Source of the DNA: Chitinophagales bacterium
Lineage (GTDB): Bacteria > Bacteroidota > Bacteroidia > Chitinophagales > Chitinophagaceae
Length of the DNA: 44,529 nt
Direction of reading: 5' to 3'
Assembly: GCA_038199395.1 (NCBI GenBank)
Contig: JBBPZJ010000291.1
Span: forward strand, 1 to 44,529
Below are positions 18,626 to 27,694 of this stretch, one piece after another. The notes beneath the pieces were generated by a model that worked only from the letters and a program-made list of their open reading frames with translations, did not search any database and had not been told where the DNA came from. The position numbers and the translations under genes were made by a program. The first letter of the stretch is position 1. The number at the start of each line of letters is the position of its first letter.

Positions 18626-18783
18626 AAACACTGGCGGATAACGGGTCTCAAATAAAGCTTTCGGAAGAAGTAGAGCCCGGATAAAAACTTTTATCCGGAA
18701 TGAAATAATTCACCAGCAGCAGTGCTGCGGAAAAATGGAAAACTTTGATAAAATAGATATGAGTATGCATATGCTTTCCAAAA

Positions 18784-19503
18784 TTACAATTTTCCTTCTA
18801 ACGGGTTTACATTGCGAATGCTACCAATCGAAGCAATTATTTTAAAGCGTATAAACATATCTTCACTATACCATTTTTCTTCTCTTGTTTTTCGTATAAC
18901 TTCAACATGTTCTTGCATTTTGTAGGAGAACGCTTTCATGCTTTCCTTGCTATCCCAAATACTAAAAGTTGCTTGCTTTACCCAAGGGATTTCACCAATT
19001 CCTAGCGATGTTATAAAGCCTTTTGAAGAAGACATTTTTTCTGCAACACCCTCTACGTGTTGCCAAAAGCTTGACAAACGATTAACTTTTATAGTTGCCC
19101 TGGTAAGTACAGCAATCAGTCCTTCATAATTGGAGCTCTTTGGCAAAATTCCAAAAGCTTCTTTGCCATCCCACGTGCCATGACCTTCTATGGGTTCCAG
19201 CACAATCGTCCATTTGCTGCATTTAAAAAACTTCCACCACTGATCTATAAAGTTCCCATATAATCCCTTGTATTCTATAATATGCTTGTTAGCCCCTGCT
19301 TCCAAAGTAGAAGTAACAATTAGAGAACACCATTGCCTTAAGTCAGGTGTTTTATCAAAAGTGCCGTTTTTACCGCAGCCCATCAGTTTGTAAAAAAGTA
19401 GTTTTTTATTGAAGTATAAGGGAAAACGAAAATAAGCCATCGACAAAAAGCCTCCCCAGGCTAACCACCTGGGATAGCGAACAATCGTGAGATATGCATA
19501 CAT
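18784..19503 (-). CDS. CrtA (spheroidene monooxygenase)-like protein
   Basis: FYKLMGCGKNGTF, HGTWDG, LTRATI, GIGEIP..QATFSIW and WYSEDMFIRF. Start inferred at MYAYL. Confidence 0.75.
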   Translation of the reverse strand: MYAYLTIVRYPRWLAWGGFLSMAYFRFPLYFNKKLLFYKLMGCGKNGTFDKTPDLRQWCSLIVTSTLEAGANKHIIEYKGLYGNFIDQWWKFFKCSKWTIVLEPIEGHGTWDGKEAFGILPKSSNYEGLIAVLTRATIKVNRLSSFWQHVEGVAEKMSSSKGFITSLGIGEIPWVKQATFSIWDSKESMKAFSYKMQEHVEVIRKTREEKWYSEDMFIRFKIIASIGSIRNVNPLEGKL

Positions 19504-19661
19504 ATTCGATATGGATTTTTTTGCTATATACATTAAGTGAATACAAAGAAAAAGTAATGGGAATGGAAAAAGGCAAACTACACCTTTTAATACTTTTTAC
19601 ATGTGGTTTTAATAGTTCTGAATTAAGGTCACTTTGTTGGTAACCTCGGACTTACATTTGG

Positions 19662-20321
19662 TCAAATAGCTTTTGCGGCAAAATAAATGGTGAAACACAG
19701 GATAATTGCCAGCAAAACAGCGACAAGTAATTTATATCTATTCCAAACGGTTTGCATTCTGATTTCTTTAGAAAAGTCATAAATTTTCCTATACATATTA
19801 TTATCGCTACCTGCAATTTCTGTTAGTCGAAAACAAATTTTTTCTACATCTGCAAATGGCAGAAGTCTCGCACAAGCCATCATTTCTTCTATGATGCGTG
19901 TGTTTAATTTTGAGTCATTGTTGTGCTTTAGTATATGTATGTTATAGTTTGATAAAATATGTTGAATTTGGTGAGACAGAGCAAGTTTATTCATACGATC
20001 AGGATTGTATGCGGCCACTTTTCGTCTAAGTTCAATCGTTTGGTTTAATAGCATTTGGGGAGTAGTTGTATGATCATTCTTCTTTTTTTCAGTCCGTGAG
20101 AAGATACCTCGAGTCCTGTTGTATTCTCCCCGTTTTCTCGTATCTGAAAGAACTCTGTACGCCTCAGTTATATCTTTAAACCTGGCCTCATAAAGCTCGC
20201 TACCCAGGTTTTTGTCCGGGTGGTATTGCAATGCAAGCCTTCGATAAGATTTTTTAATGTCAGCCTGTGAAGCAGAAGGACGTACCTCAAGAATTCTATA
20301 ATAGTCTTTCGAATGTAGCAT
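19662..20321 (-). CDS. J-domain protein with C-terminal TM anchor
   Basis: KDYYRILEV...[17 protein letters not shown] and a hydrophobic C-terminus. Confidence 0.9.
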   Translation of the reverse strand: MLHSKDYYRILEVRPSASQADIKKSYRRLALQYHPDKNLGSELYEARFKDITEAYRVLSDTRKRGEYNRTRGIFSRTEKKKNDHTTTPQMLLNQTIELRRKVAAYNPDRMNKLALSHQIQHILSNYNIHILKHNNDSKLNTRIIEEMMACARLLPFADVEKICFRLTEIAGSDNNMYRKIYDFSKEIRMQTVWNRYKLLVAVLLAIILCFTIYFAAKAI

Positions 20322-20641
20322 AATCAACAGCCGCTGCCTTACCTATTTTTTACATAATGAATATACGGCGTTAAAAAAAGGTGCCATACCAAAGGAGCAA
20401 TATTTTGAAAAGTTATTGAGTGAGTATAAGTAGTAAGTTAAGATAAGCCGAGACCAATGTTATTGCATAGAAACTTGCTGTTACAAGCAAAGGGTATGTG
20501 TGAAAAAGTAAGTTGTAATCTAAGGCAAGGGTAGAAACTGGCGGTGGTTGATCTTTTTCAAGCACACAATACAGTTAATATTACGCAGGAAACCGGATTG
20601 GCATTGAACGATTTAAACGGATAATAATAAATTTGAAGGAT

Positions 20642-21463
20642 ATGATGGAAACAGTACAAATAAATATACAAGTAGAGGATGAGCAGATAAGAGAGCAAAT
20701 AATAGCGCAGCTATCAATGGAAGACTTTGATGCATTTGAAGAAAATGATCACGAATTGCTTTGCTTTATTGATTCGGAAAAATATAATCCTTCTCTCATT
20801 CAAAATATTCTTTCAAACTACAGATTGAGTTACACTGAAACGGTTGTTAAAGAACAAAACTGGAATGCGTTGTGGGAAAGTAATTTTCAACCCGTTGCAG
20901 TTAATGATTTTTGTGCTATCAGGGCTGATTTTCACCAGCCTTTTTTTGATAAGGAACACGAAATTATCATAACTCCAAAAATGAGTTTTGGAACTGGTCA
21001 TCATTCCACCACTTATATGATGATTTGTGAAATGAGTAAACTTAATTTTAAAAACAAGCGAGTGGCAGATTTTGGTACCGGAACAGGTGTATTAGCCATC
21101 TTAGCGGAAAAACTTGGTAGTGAATTTGTGCTGGCTATAGATATAGATGATTGGAGTATTGAGAATGCGACAGAGAATATTGAAAAGAATGGTTGTAAAA
21201 AAATACAAATAAAGAAGGCCAACTCTTTTTGTGAAGATGAAGATTTTGACGTCATCCTGGCTAATATCAATAAAAGTGTTATTCTCTCTAATGTCGGCTC
21301 TTTGCTTTCCGGTATCAATTCCGGTGGACAACTTTTAATAAGTGGGTTACTAAAAGAAGATGAAAATGAGATAGTTGCTGTTTTTACTTCAAAAGGAGGT
21401 GTGCATTGCTCAACAGTAGAAAGAAGCAATTGGCTTTGCATTTTAATACAATATCAAGGTTAG
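20642..21463 (+). CDS. prmA: Ribosomal protein L11 methyltransferase
   Basis: ITPKMSFGTGHHSTT, DFGTGTGVLAI and ILANIN. Confidence 0.95.
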   Translation: MMETVQINIQVEDEQIREQIIAQLSMEDFDAFEENDHELLCFIDSEKYNPSLIQNILSNYRLSYTETVVKEQNWNALWESNFQPVAVNDFCAIRADFHQPFFDKEHEIIITPKMSFGTGHHSTTYMMICEMSKLNFKNKRVADFGTGTGVLAILAEKLGSEFVLAIDIDDWSIENATENIEKNGCKKIQIKKANSFCEDEDFDVILANINKSVILSNVGSLLSGINSGGQLLISGLLKEDENEIVAVFTSKGGVHCSTVERSNWLCILIQYQG

Positions 21464-21493
21464 AACCCCGGGCTCGTTTTGCCGTTTTAATTA

Positions 21494-21501
21494 TAAATTT
21501 G
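21494..21501 (+). promoter_or_regulatory. Possible -7 promoter element for plsY
   Basis: TAAATTTG matches TAnnTTTG about 30 bp upstream of the ATG. Confidence 0.4.
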
Positions 21502-21529
21502 CTTTCTAAAGTTTTTTTCGATCTCTTAT

Positions 21530-22180
21530 ATGTCAGAACTGTTACTATTCATATTAGCCTATATTTTCGGTTCAATACCAACTTCTGTATGGGTCAGTAA
21601 ACATTTTTTTGATGTAGATATCAGGGATTATGGCAGTGGCAATGCAGGCGCCACAAATACATATAGAGTTCTGGGAGCAAAATGGGGCACTTTCGTAATG
21701 GTAATAGATGTTTTAAAGGGGCTTGTTGCTACATCGTTAGTTGTTTTTATGCCTTATTATATGAACAACGCATTTGCGAAAACCAACTTTATGGTCGGCC
21801 TTGGTCTTTCAGCTATCGTGGGGCACATCTTCCCCATCTTCGCAGACTTTAAAGGGGGGAAAGGAGTCGCAACTTTGTTTGGAATGATCATAGCACTTCA
21901 ACCCATCGTTGCCGTATGTTGTGTCGGCGTTTTTCTTTTAGTTTTGTTTTTAACACGCTTTGTTTCTTTAAGTTCTATTCTGGCTAGCGTATCGTTTGCA
22001 GTTTTCATACTTTTTATCTGGAACGAAAAAGAACCTCTTTACAGAATTTTTGCAGTCTCTGTTGCTTTAATGGTTATATTAACCCACCAAAAAAATATTA
22101 ACCGCATTCTCAAAGGAACTGAAAGTAAGGTTCCAATCTTAAAACACCGCGACAGGAGAAAGAATAGCAGAAAAGATTAA
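21530..22180 (+). CDS. plsY: Glycerol-3-phosphate acyltransferase
   Basis: GSIP, GSGNAGATN, DVLKG, FKGGKGVAT and HQKNI. Confidence 0.97.
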   Translation: MSELLLFILAYIFGSIPTSVWVSKHFFDVDIRDYGSGNAGATNTYRVLGAKWGTFVMVIDVLKGLVATSLVVFMPYYMNNAFAKTNFMVGLGLSAIVGHIFPIFADFKGGKGVATLFGMIIALQPIVAVCCVGVFLLVLFLTRFVSLSSILASVSFAVFILFIWNEKEPLYRIFAVSVALMVILTHQKNINRILKGTESKVPILKHRDRRKNSRKD

Positions 22181-22300
22181 GACTAAAAATTGTTACAGTT
22201 TTTCTAATTTATTTAAGAACCGTACTCTTTTTGTTTCTTGTTTATAAACTGTTATAAACCATCTTTCTCTTGGTATCATTCTTGTTTATAGCTACGAAAA

Positions 22301-23128
22301 ATGAGTATGAAAAATAAACTAACTTTATTAAGCATTCTTGTAATGATGCTGGTTGCCGCTTGTACCACCAATGCCATTACAGGTCGCAAACAACTGTCTT
22401 TGGTTTCGGAGGATCAAGTTCAACAAATGGCCGTCACCCAGTACAACCAGTTTTTGTCTGAAAATAAAGTTGTAAGTTCTTCTCAAAGTAAGGACGCTGA
22501 AATGGTAAAAAGGGTGGGAAGCAGAATAGCCTCAGCTATAACAGATTTTTACACTAAAAAAGGTCTTGGTAAAGAACTTGAGGGTTATCGGTGGGAATAT
22601 AACCTGGTTGCAAGTAATCAGGTAAATGCGTGGTGTATGCCGGGTGGTAAAATCGTTGTTTATTCAGGCCTGCTACCAGTTACTCAAAATGAGGCTGCAT
22701 TAGCTATAGTGCTGGGGCATGAGATAACCCACGCCGTTGCTAACCACGGAAGTGAAAGAATGAGCGAAGGATTAATACAACAATTAGGTGGAGCTGCTCT
22801 TTCAGTTGCTTTATCGAGTAAACCTGCAGAAACAAGAAATCTATTTTTACAGGCATACGATGCGGGATCTACTATAGGAGTATCGCTACCTCATAGTCGT
22901 AACCAGGAATATGAGGCAGATAAGTATGGGTTAATATTTGCGGCATTAGCAGGGTATAATCCGCGGGAAGCAATTCCTTTATGGCAAAGAATGGAAGCTA
23001 TGAGCAGCGGGCAACAAAGGCCACCCGAATTTTTGAGCGATCATCCTGCCGAAGGTAATCGTATACAAAGATTGCAGCAACAAATGCCGGAAGCTTTAAA
23101 ATATTATCGCCCAATGGGATCAAAATAG
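22301..23128 (+). CDS. M48-family Zn metallopeptidase lipoprotein (Oma1/YfgC-like)
   Basis: Lipobox VAAC; NAWCMPGG, HEITH, EYEAD and FLSDHP. Confidence 0.93.
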   Translation: MSMKNKLTLLSILVMMLVAACTTNAITGRKQLSLVSEDQVQQMAVTQYNQFLSENKVVSSSQSKDAEMVKRVGSRIASAITDFYTKKGLGKELEGYRWEYNLVASNQVNAWCMPGGKIVVYSGLLPVTQNEAALAIVLGHEITHAVANHGSERMSEGLIQQLGGAALSVALSSKPAETRNLFLQAYDAGSTIGVSLPHSRNQEYEADKYGLIFAALAGYNPREAIPLWQRMEAMSSGQQRPPEFLSDHPAEGNRIQRLQQQMPEALKYYRPMGSK

Positions 23129-23152
23129 AGGGTTTGACCTCTTTTTAACACC

Positions 23153-23190
23153 AAAAGTCGCTTTGAAGTTCGCTTTAAAGCGACTTTTTT
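23153..23190 (+). terminator. Rho-independent terminator
   Basis: AAAAGTCGCTTTGAAG-TTCG-CTTTAAAGCGACTTTTTT. Confidence 0.85.
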
Positions 23191-23213
23191 CTTTACTTAT
23201 AAGTTCTTTTTTT

Positions 23214-23221
23214 TACCTTTG
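23214..23221 (+). promoter_or_regulatory. -7 promoter element for the YdeI/OmpD-associated gene
   Basis: TACCTTTG matches TAnnTTTG. Confidence 0.5.
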
Positions 23222-23257
23222 CTCCTCATTTTCGATAACCTTAAATATTTTTGAGGC

Positions 23258-23950
23258 ATGTGTCAACAAACTTTGTTTGCAAAATTAGAAATCTCCAACG
23301 AAAAAAATTTTCTTATTCAAGGTCTTCCTTCTTCAATCGAGAAGCAATTCATAAAGTTATCTTACTCAAAAAACGTTACACCGCTTTTGAGGATTAAAAA
23401 GATAGATTTTGCTCTTGTTTTTGCAATAAACGGCAACCAGTTGAATGGCATTATGAAAGATGTTATTCCGGTATTGAATAACGATGGCAAACTTTGGATA
23501 GCCTATCCTAAAACGGCCAGTAAAATAGCCAGCGATCTTAACAGAGATTGCAATTGGGAAATTTTATCGAGTAATAATTTTGTCAGTGTTTGTGAGGTTA
23601 CCATAGACCATGTATGGAGCGCATTGCGATTTGAAAAGACTGATTCTTTTGAAAAGACTGATTCTATTGTACCGGCAGTATCTGAACCTGAGAAATTGCC
23701 AGAAGTAAAAAAAGTAGAATTAAAAGGTGTTGACTTCGATAAAAATCTTGTTGTTGCACCGGTCGAACTGGAAAAAATGTTCTCGGGACATAAAAAAGCG
23801 AGAGAGTTCTTTCAAAACCTATCGACCACAAACCAAAAAGAATTTGTACAATGGATTGAAGGTGCTAAAAGACAAGATACCCGAACCAGGCGTTTGCAGG
23901 CAACGGTCGAAAAGTTATTAGCTGGTAAAAAAAGCCCCTTAGAAAAATAA
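23258..23950 (+). CDS. YdeI/OmpD-associated (OmdA) family protein with a DUF3052-like N-terminus
   Basis: LWIAYPK...SDLNRD..W...WSALRF; C-terminal FQNLS...KEFVQWIEGAKRQDTRTRRL. Confidence 0.8.
   Translation: MCQQTLFAKLEISNEKNFLIQGLPSSIEKQFIKLSYSKNVTPLLRIKKIDFALVFAINGNQLNGIMKDVIPVLNNDGKLWIAYPKTASKIASDLNRDCNWEILSSNNFVSVCEVTIDHVWSALRFEKTDSFEKTDSIVPAVSEPEKLPEVKKVELKGVDFDKNLVVAPVELEKMFSGHKKAREFFQNLSTTNQKEFVQWIEGAKRQDTRTRRLQATVEKLLAGKKSPLEK
23630..23665 (+). repeat. Exact in-frame 18-bp tandem duplication (FEKTDS x2)
   Basis: TTTGAAAAGACTGATTCT occurs twice in a row. Confidence 0.9.
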
Positions 23951-23973
23951 TTGACTTTTAAGACTTTTATAGG

Positions 23974-24005
23974 AAGTGCATTCAAATCTTGAGTGCACTT
24001 TTTTT
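23974..24005 (+). terminator. Rho-independent terminator
   Basis: AAGTGCATTCAA-ATC-TTGAGTGCACTT followed by a T-run. Confidence 0.8.
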
Positions 24006-24087
24006 GTTTTGAAAATATAGGGATAATAATATCAGAGGAAAACAGATGAGCAGCGGTGCGTTTTCTTATAATAAAAATGCGACAACT

Positions 24088-26013
24088 TTATTTGAAAATA
24101 ACGGTTCCTAACTGTCTTGTTATTTTTTGTTCTTCGTCTTTAAGCACTTTGTGAATTTTAATCAAATCCATCTGCTCCTCAAAAGTGGCTGCTTTTTCTA
24201 TATCTCTTTGGTTTTCGTCAAACATCTTCTTTATTTTTCTTAGTTTGAAATAATTGAGGCTCATTGTTACATCTTGCCTGCTAATGTCGCGGTTATTAAT
24301 ATTCATACCTTCCATTATAGAATCCCATTTAGGACTCAATTCATATTGTTGAATACTCAAATTAACCGCCAGTTTCCTAATACTTTCATTTTCGTTATAC
24401 AGCAATGTCTTTGTCGATGGCTGCAGGCCATTGTAATATTGATCTTTATAAATCTGCAAAAGTTCGTCTAATTCAGGAGTTTCAATGTTATAGTGTTCCA
24501 GCTCATCAAAAATATAGTCAGCCATTGTCTTCTCATCATCCCATTTCAATAAGCCGTATTCAAGTAATGCTCTTAATAAATTTTTTTCCTGGTTTTCGTC
24601 TTTAATAAGTAAAGCAGAGGTAGCATTGTCGACCTTATTTTGATCTTCATGCTCATCGGGCAGAGAAGTTATATTGTTCTGTCTGTTTTCATCCCTTGTT
24701 AGTTTTTCACGCTTCAATTTATTAACAAGAGTAGTTAATCCTCCTTCATCTATTTTAAGAATACTGGCACATTGTCTTATATAATCCTGCTGTTTTGTAA
24801 AATCTTCCGCCCGGTGGAATTTGCTGAGCGTTTCCGCAATTTGGTTTACAACTATCGCCTTCTTTGCAGTATCACTTCCTGCATCTTTCAACATTACTTC
24901 CAGTTGAAATATGATAAAGTCTTTTTTATTCGTTTGTACGAATTCAGTGAAAGGTGTGGCGCCGATTTTCTTTACATAGCTGTCAGGATCTTCCTTATCC
25001 GGTATCAGCACCAGCTTTACGTTAAGGCCTTCTTCAAGGGCCATGTCCAATCCTCTTAAAGCTGCTTTTATACCAGCCTTATCACCATCGTATATAATGG
25101 TTAGGTTGTTTGTATGCTTCCTGATTAACCTGAGCTGGTCAATAGTCAAAGATGTGCCGCCACTGGCTACCACATTTTCTATTCCAGCCTGGTGCAGGCT
25201 AACTACGTCCGTATACCCCTCTACCAGTAAACATTCGTCATACTTGTTTATAGCTTGCCTTGCAAAGTAAGTCCCGTAAAGAATCTTGCTTTTTACGTAG
25301 ATCTCATTTTCGGGGGTATTAATATATTTGGGAGCCTTTTCATTTGATTTAATCACTCTTGCGCCAAAACCAAGTATTTTGCCACTTAAATTGTGAATTG
25401 GGAAAATAATGCGGCCTCTGTAGTTGTCATAATTTGTGTCGTGTCTAACACTTACCAGACCGGCCTTATGGGCATACTCGAGGCTAAACTGATTCTTTAT
25501 CAAATGCTGAGTCAGGTCATCTTTTTCTTCCAGATTATACCCTAACTGAAACTTTTCGATCACCTCCTGCCGGAACCCGCGATGATGCAGATAGGTAAGC
25601 GCAACAGATTTTCCCTCTTCGGTTTGAAACAGGTTTTTTGCCAAATGGTTCTGTGCAAAAGCATTTAAAATAAAAAGGCTTTCGGCTACTTGCTGTTGTT
25701 GTTTTACTTCCGGACTTGTTACAGTTTCTTCAATTTCAATATTGTAACGAGCTGCTGTCCATTTTAAAGCTTCCACATAACTGTACTTTTCGTGCTCCAT
25801 TACAAAGCCGATAGCATTGCCGCTTTTTCCGCAACCGAAGCATTTATAGATTTCTTTAGCAGGCGAGACCGTAAACGACGGCGACTTCTCGTTGTGGAAG
25901 GGGCAGTTTCCCAGGTAGTTTGCACCCCGTTTTTTTAGCTTCACAAATTCTCCCACAATCTCCACTATATCTATTCTGTTTGTTATTTGTTGTATCGTGT
26001 CTTGAGTAATCAT
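24088..26013 (-). CDS. dnaG: DNA primase
   Basis: CPFHNEKSPSF zinc finger with CFGC, KYINTPE, and Toprim VEGYTDV and YDGDKAG. Confidence 0.98.
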   Translation of the reverse strand: MITQDTIQQITNRIDIVEIVGEFVKLKKRGANYLGNCPFHNEKSPSFTVSPAKEIYKCFGCGKSGNAIGFVMEHEKYSYVEALKWTAARYNIEIEETVTSPEVKQQQQVAESLFILNAFAQNHLAKNLFQTEEGKSVALTYLHHRGFRQEVIEKFQLGYNLEEKDDLTQHLIKNQFSLEYAHKAGLVSVRHDTNYDNYRGRIIFPIHNLSGKILGFGARVIKSNEKAPKYINTPENEIYVKSKILYGTYFARQAINKYDECLLVEGYTDVVSLHQAGIENVVASGGTSLTIDQLRLIRKHTNNLTIIYDGDKAGIKAALRGLDMALEEGLNVKLVLIPDKEDPDSYVKKIGATPFTEFVQTNKKDFIIFQLEVMLKDAGSDTAKKAIVVNQIAETLSKFHRAEDFTKQQDYIRQCASILKIDEGGLTTLVNKLKREKLTRDENRQNNITSLPDEHEDQNKVDNATSALLIKDENQEKNLLRALLEYGLLKWDDEKTMADYIFDELEHYNIETPELDELLQIYKDQYYNGLQPSTKTLLYNENESIRKLAVNLSIQQYELSPKWDSIMEGMNINNRDISRQDVTMSLNYFKLRKIKKMFDENQRDIEKAATFEEQMDLIKIHKVLKDEEQKITRQLGTVIFK

Positions 26014-26161
26014 TGCGGTAAACGAAGCTAATATCTTATTGTTTAAGTTAAAAAAACGGAACTGTTAAATGAGAAAAGACAGTGTAAAGTTTCCATACCC
26101 TTCATTGCTGCGATACAATTCTCCAACTTCGTTACCACTTAGTTTATTTATTATTAATATA

Positions 26162-26617
26162 TTATTGGAAAAAGTTTATCTTTTGTTTCCCCTGATAATT
26201 AAATGGAATAGTTACAAAAAAACCTCCTTTGCCCACCCTGGTTGATCCCTTAGCTCCAATAGTTACTTCGTTATTAAATATCAAGCTTATTGAGTTTCTT
26301 AATAATCCTTTCATGTCGACCTGCATGTTAGCAGGAATTGTAAACTCGGATGTTTTAGGAATGTACATGAGCGTATCAAGAACAAACTTGCCTAAGTGAT
26401 TGCTATCGATATAAAGATCGCAGTTTACATTTTTGAGATTAACGCCATAATTGTTGGGATTGTAAAAAACCAGATCCATAGAAACCTTAGAGGTATTAAG
26501 GCCTAGACTTTCTACTCTTATGTTTTTGATATTCCGGTAGTCAAATGCTACCGGCTTTTTACATGCGACAATAGAGAGTATATAGACTGACGCTAGAAAG
26601 GAGAGGAGTTTTTTCAT
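26162..26617 (-). CDS. LEA type 2 / WHy-domain lipoprotein
   Basis: Start MKKLL, lipobox IVAC, YNPNNYGV motif. Confidence 0.8.
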   Translation of the reverse strand: MKKLLSFLASVYILSIVACKKPVAFDYRNIKNIRVESLGLNTSKVSMDLVFYNPNNYGVNLKNVNCDLYIDSNHLGKFVLDTLMYIPKTSEFTIPANMQVDMKGLLRNSISLIFNNEVTIGAKGSTRVGKGGFFVTIPFNYQGKQKINFFQ

Positions 26618-26902
26618 TCGAAATGTTTGCAGCAAAGTAAGTTTATTTTTTAATTGGGAAATGGGAAAATAATTTGCTATATTACCTGCTAATAATTTTA
26701 GAAAACGGAACAAAAGAGTAGATGCTGCACCGTATTACAGTTACTAATATTTTTAGTGTGTGTATAAGTACTATAAATTTTTGGTTATCAAACAGTTATC
26801 AAAAGTAAATGCTATTAAAATAAAAGAATAAGTAGGAGGTAAATGCCTTTGTTAGTCTACCCTTTTTTCTAGTTTCAGTTGACTAATAAATTTTACCATA
26901 AT

Positions 26903-27517
26903 ATGAGGTATTATATTGATTTACAGTTGTTTCCATGCATTGACTTCTTTAAAATTTTAAAGAGGGAAATAAATATGCAAATTAATATATACGAAAGGTT
27001 TAGGAAAATGAGTTTTCACAATCGTTATGTGGTTGCTGGCGCAAACGGTATCGTAAATCTTACTATTCCGATTAGAGGAGGAAGAGAGCAAAAAAGATTA
27101 ATTACAGATGTTGAGATTGATGACACAAGTGATTGGCAAAAAAAGCATTGGCGAACATTAGTCTCTGGTTATGCTAAAGCTCCTTTTTTTGATTATTATT
27201 CAGAAGAAATCAAGGCGCTTATATTTAACGAGGAAAAAAGTCTTGCTAATTTTAATATTTTTATTTTGGAAAAACTACTTAATTGGTTGAATATTAATAT
27301 AGTCAATTATAATTCGTCATCCGAACAAGCTTTTAGTAGAGAGTTTCATAACACCCTCCTCCCAAGAAATTTCCAGAATAACGATTTAGATTGGAAACCT
27401 AAGTACGCTCAGGTTTTTGAAGATCGGATCGGGTTTCAGCCTAATTTAAGTGTTATTGATTTGCTTTTCAATGTCGGCCCGGCCTCTTCAGGTTTATTAA
27501 TTAGTGGTCGTGTTTAA
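26903..27517 (+). CDS. WbqC-like family protein
   Basis: LTIPI, WQKKHWRTL..Y.KAPFF and NLSVIDLLFNVGP. Start uncertain. Confidence 0.85.
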   Translation: MRYYIDLQLFPCIDFFKILKREINMQINIYERFRKMSFHNRYVVAGANGIVNLTIPIRGGREQKRLITDVEIDDTSDWQKKHWRTLVSGYAKAPFFDYYSEEIKALIFNEEKSLANFNIFILEKLLNWLNINIVNYNSSSEQAFSREFHNTLLPRNFQNNDLDWKPKYAQVFEDRIGFQPNLSVIDLLFNVGPASSGLLISGRV

Positions 27518-27694
27518 ATGGCCGTTTTTTTAGGTAAGTAGCATAACTTACTGACTTTTAATTGCTTTGACGCATAGTTAGATTTTCTTTTAAATGATTT
27601 TATTGCATCAAGTAGTTTATTTCACATGTTATTCGATTACTATTAAATCCTAATTGTTTGCCGTACATTGCCCTGTGTTTTAACCTCTCCTTAA

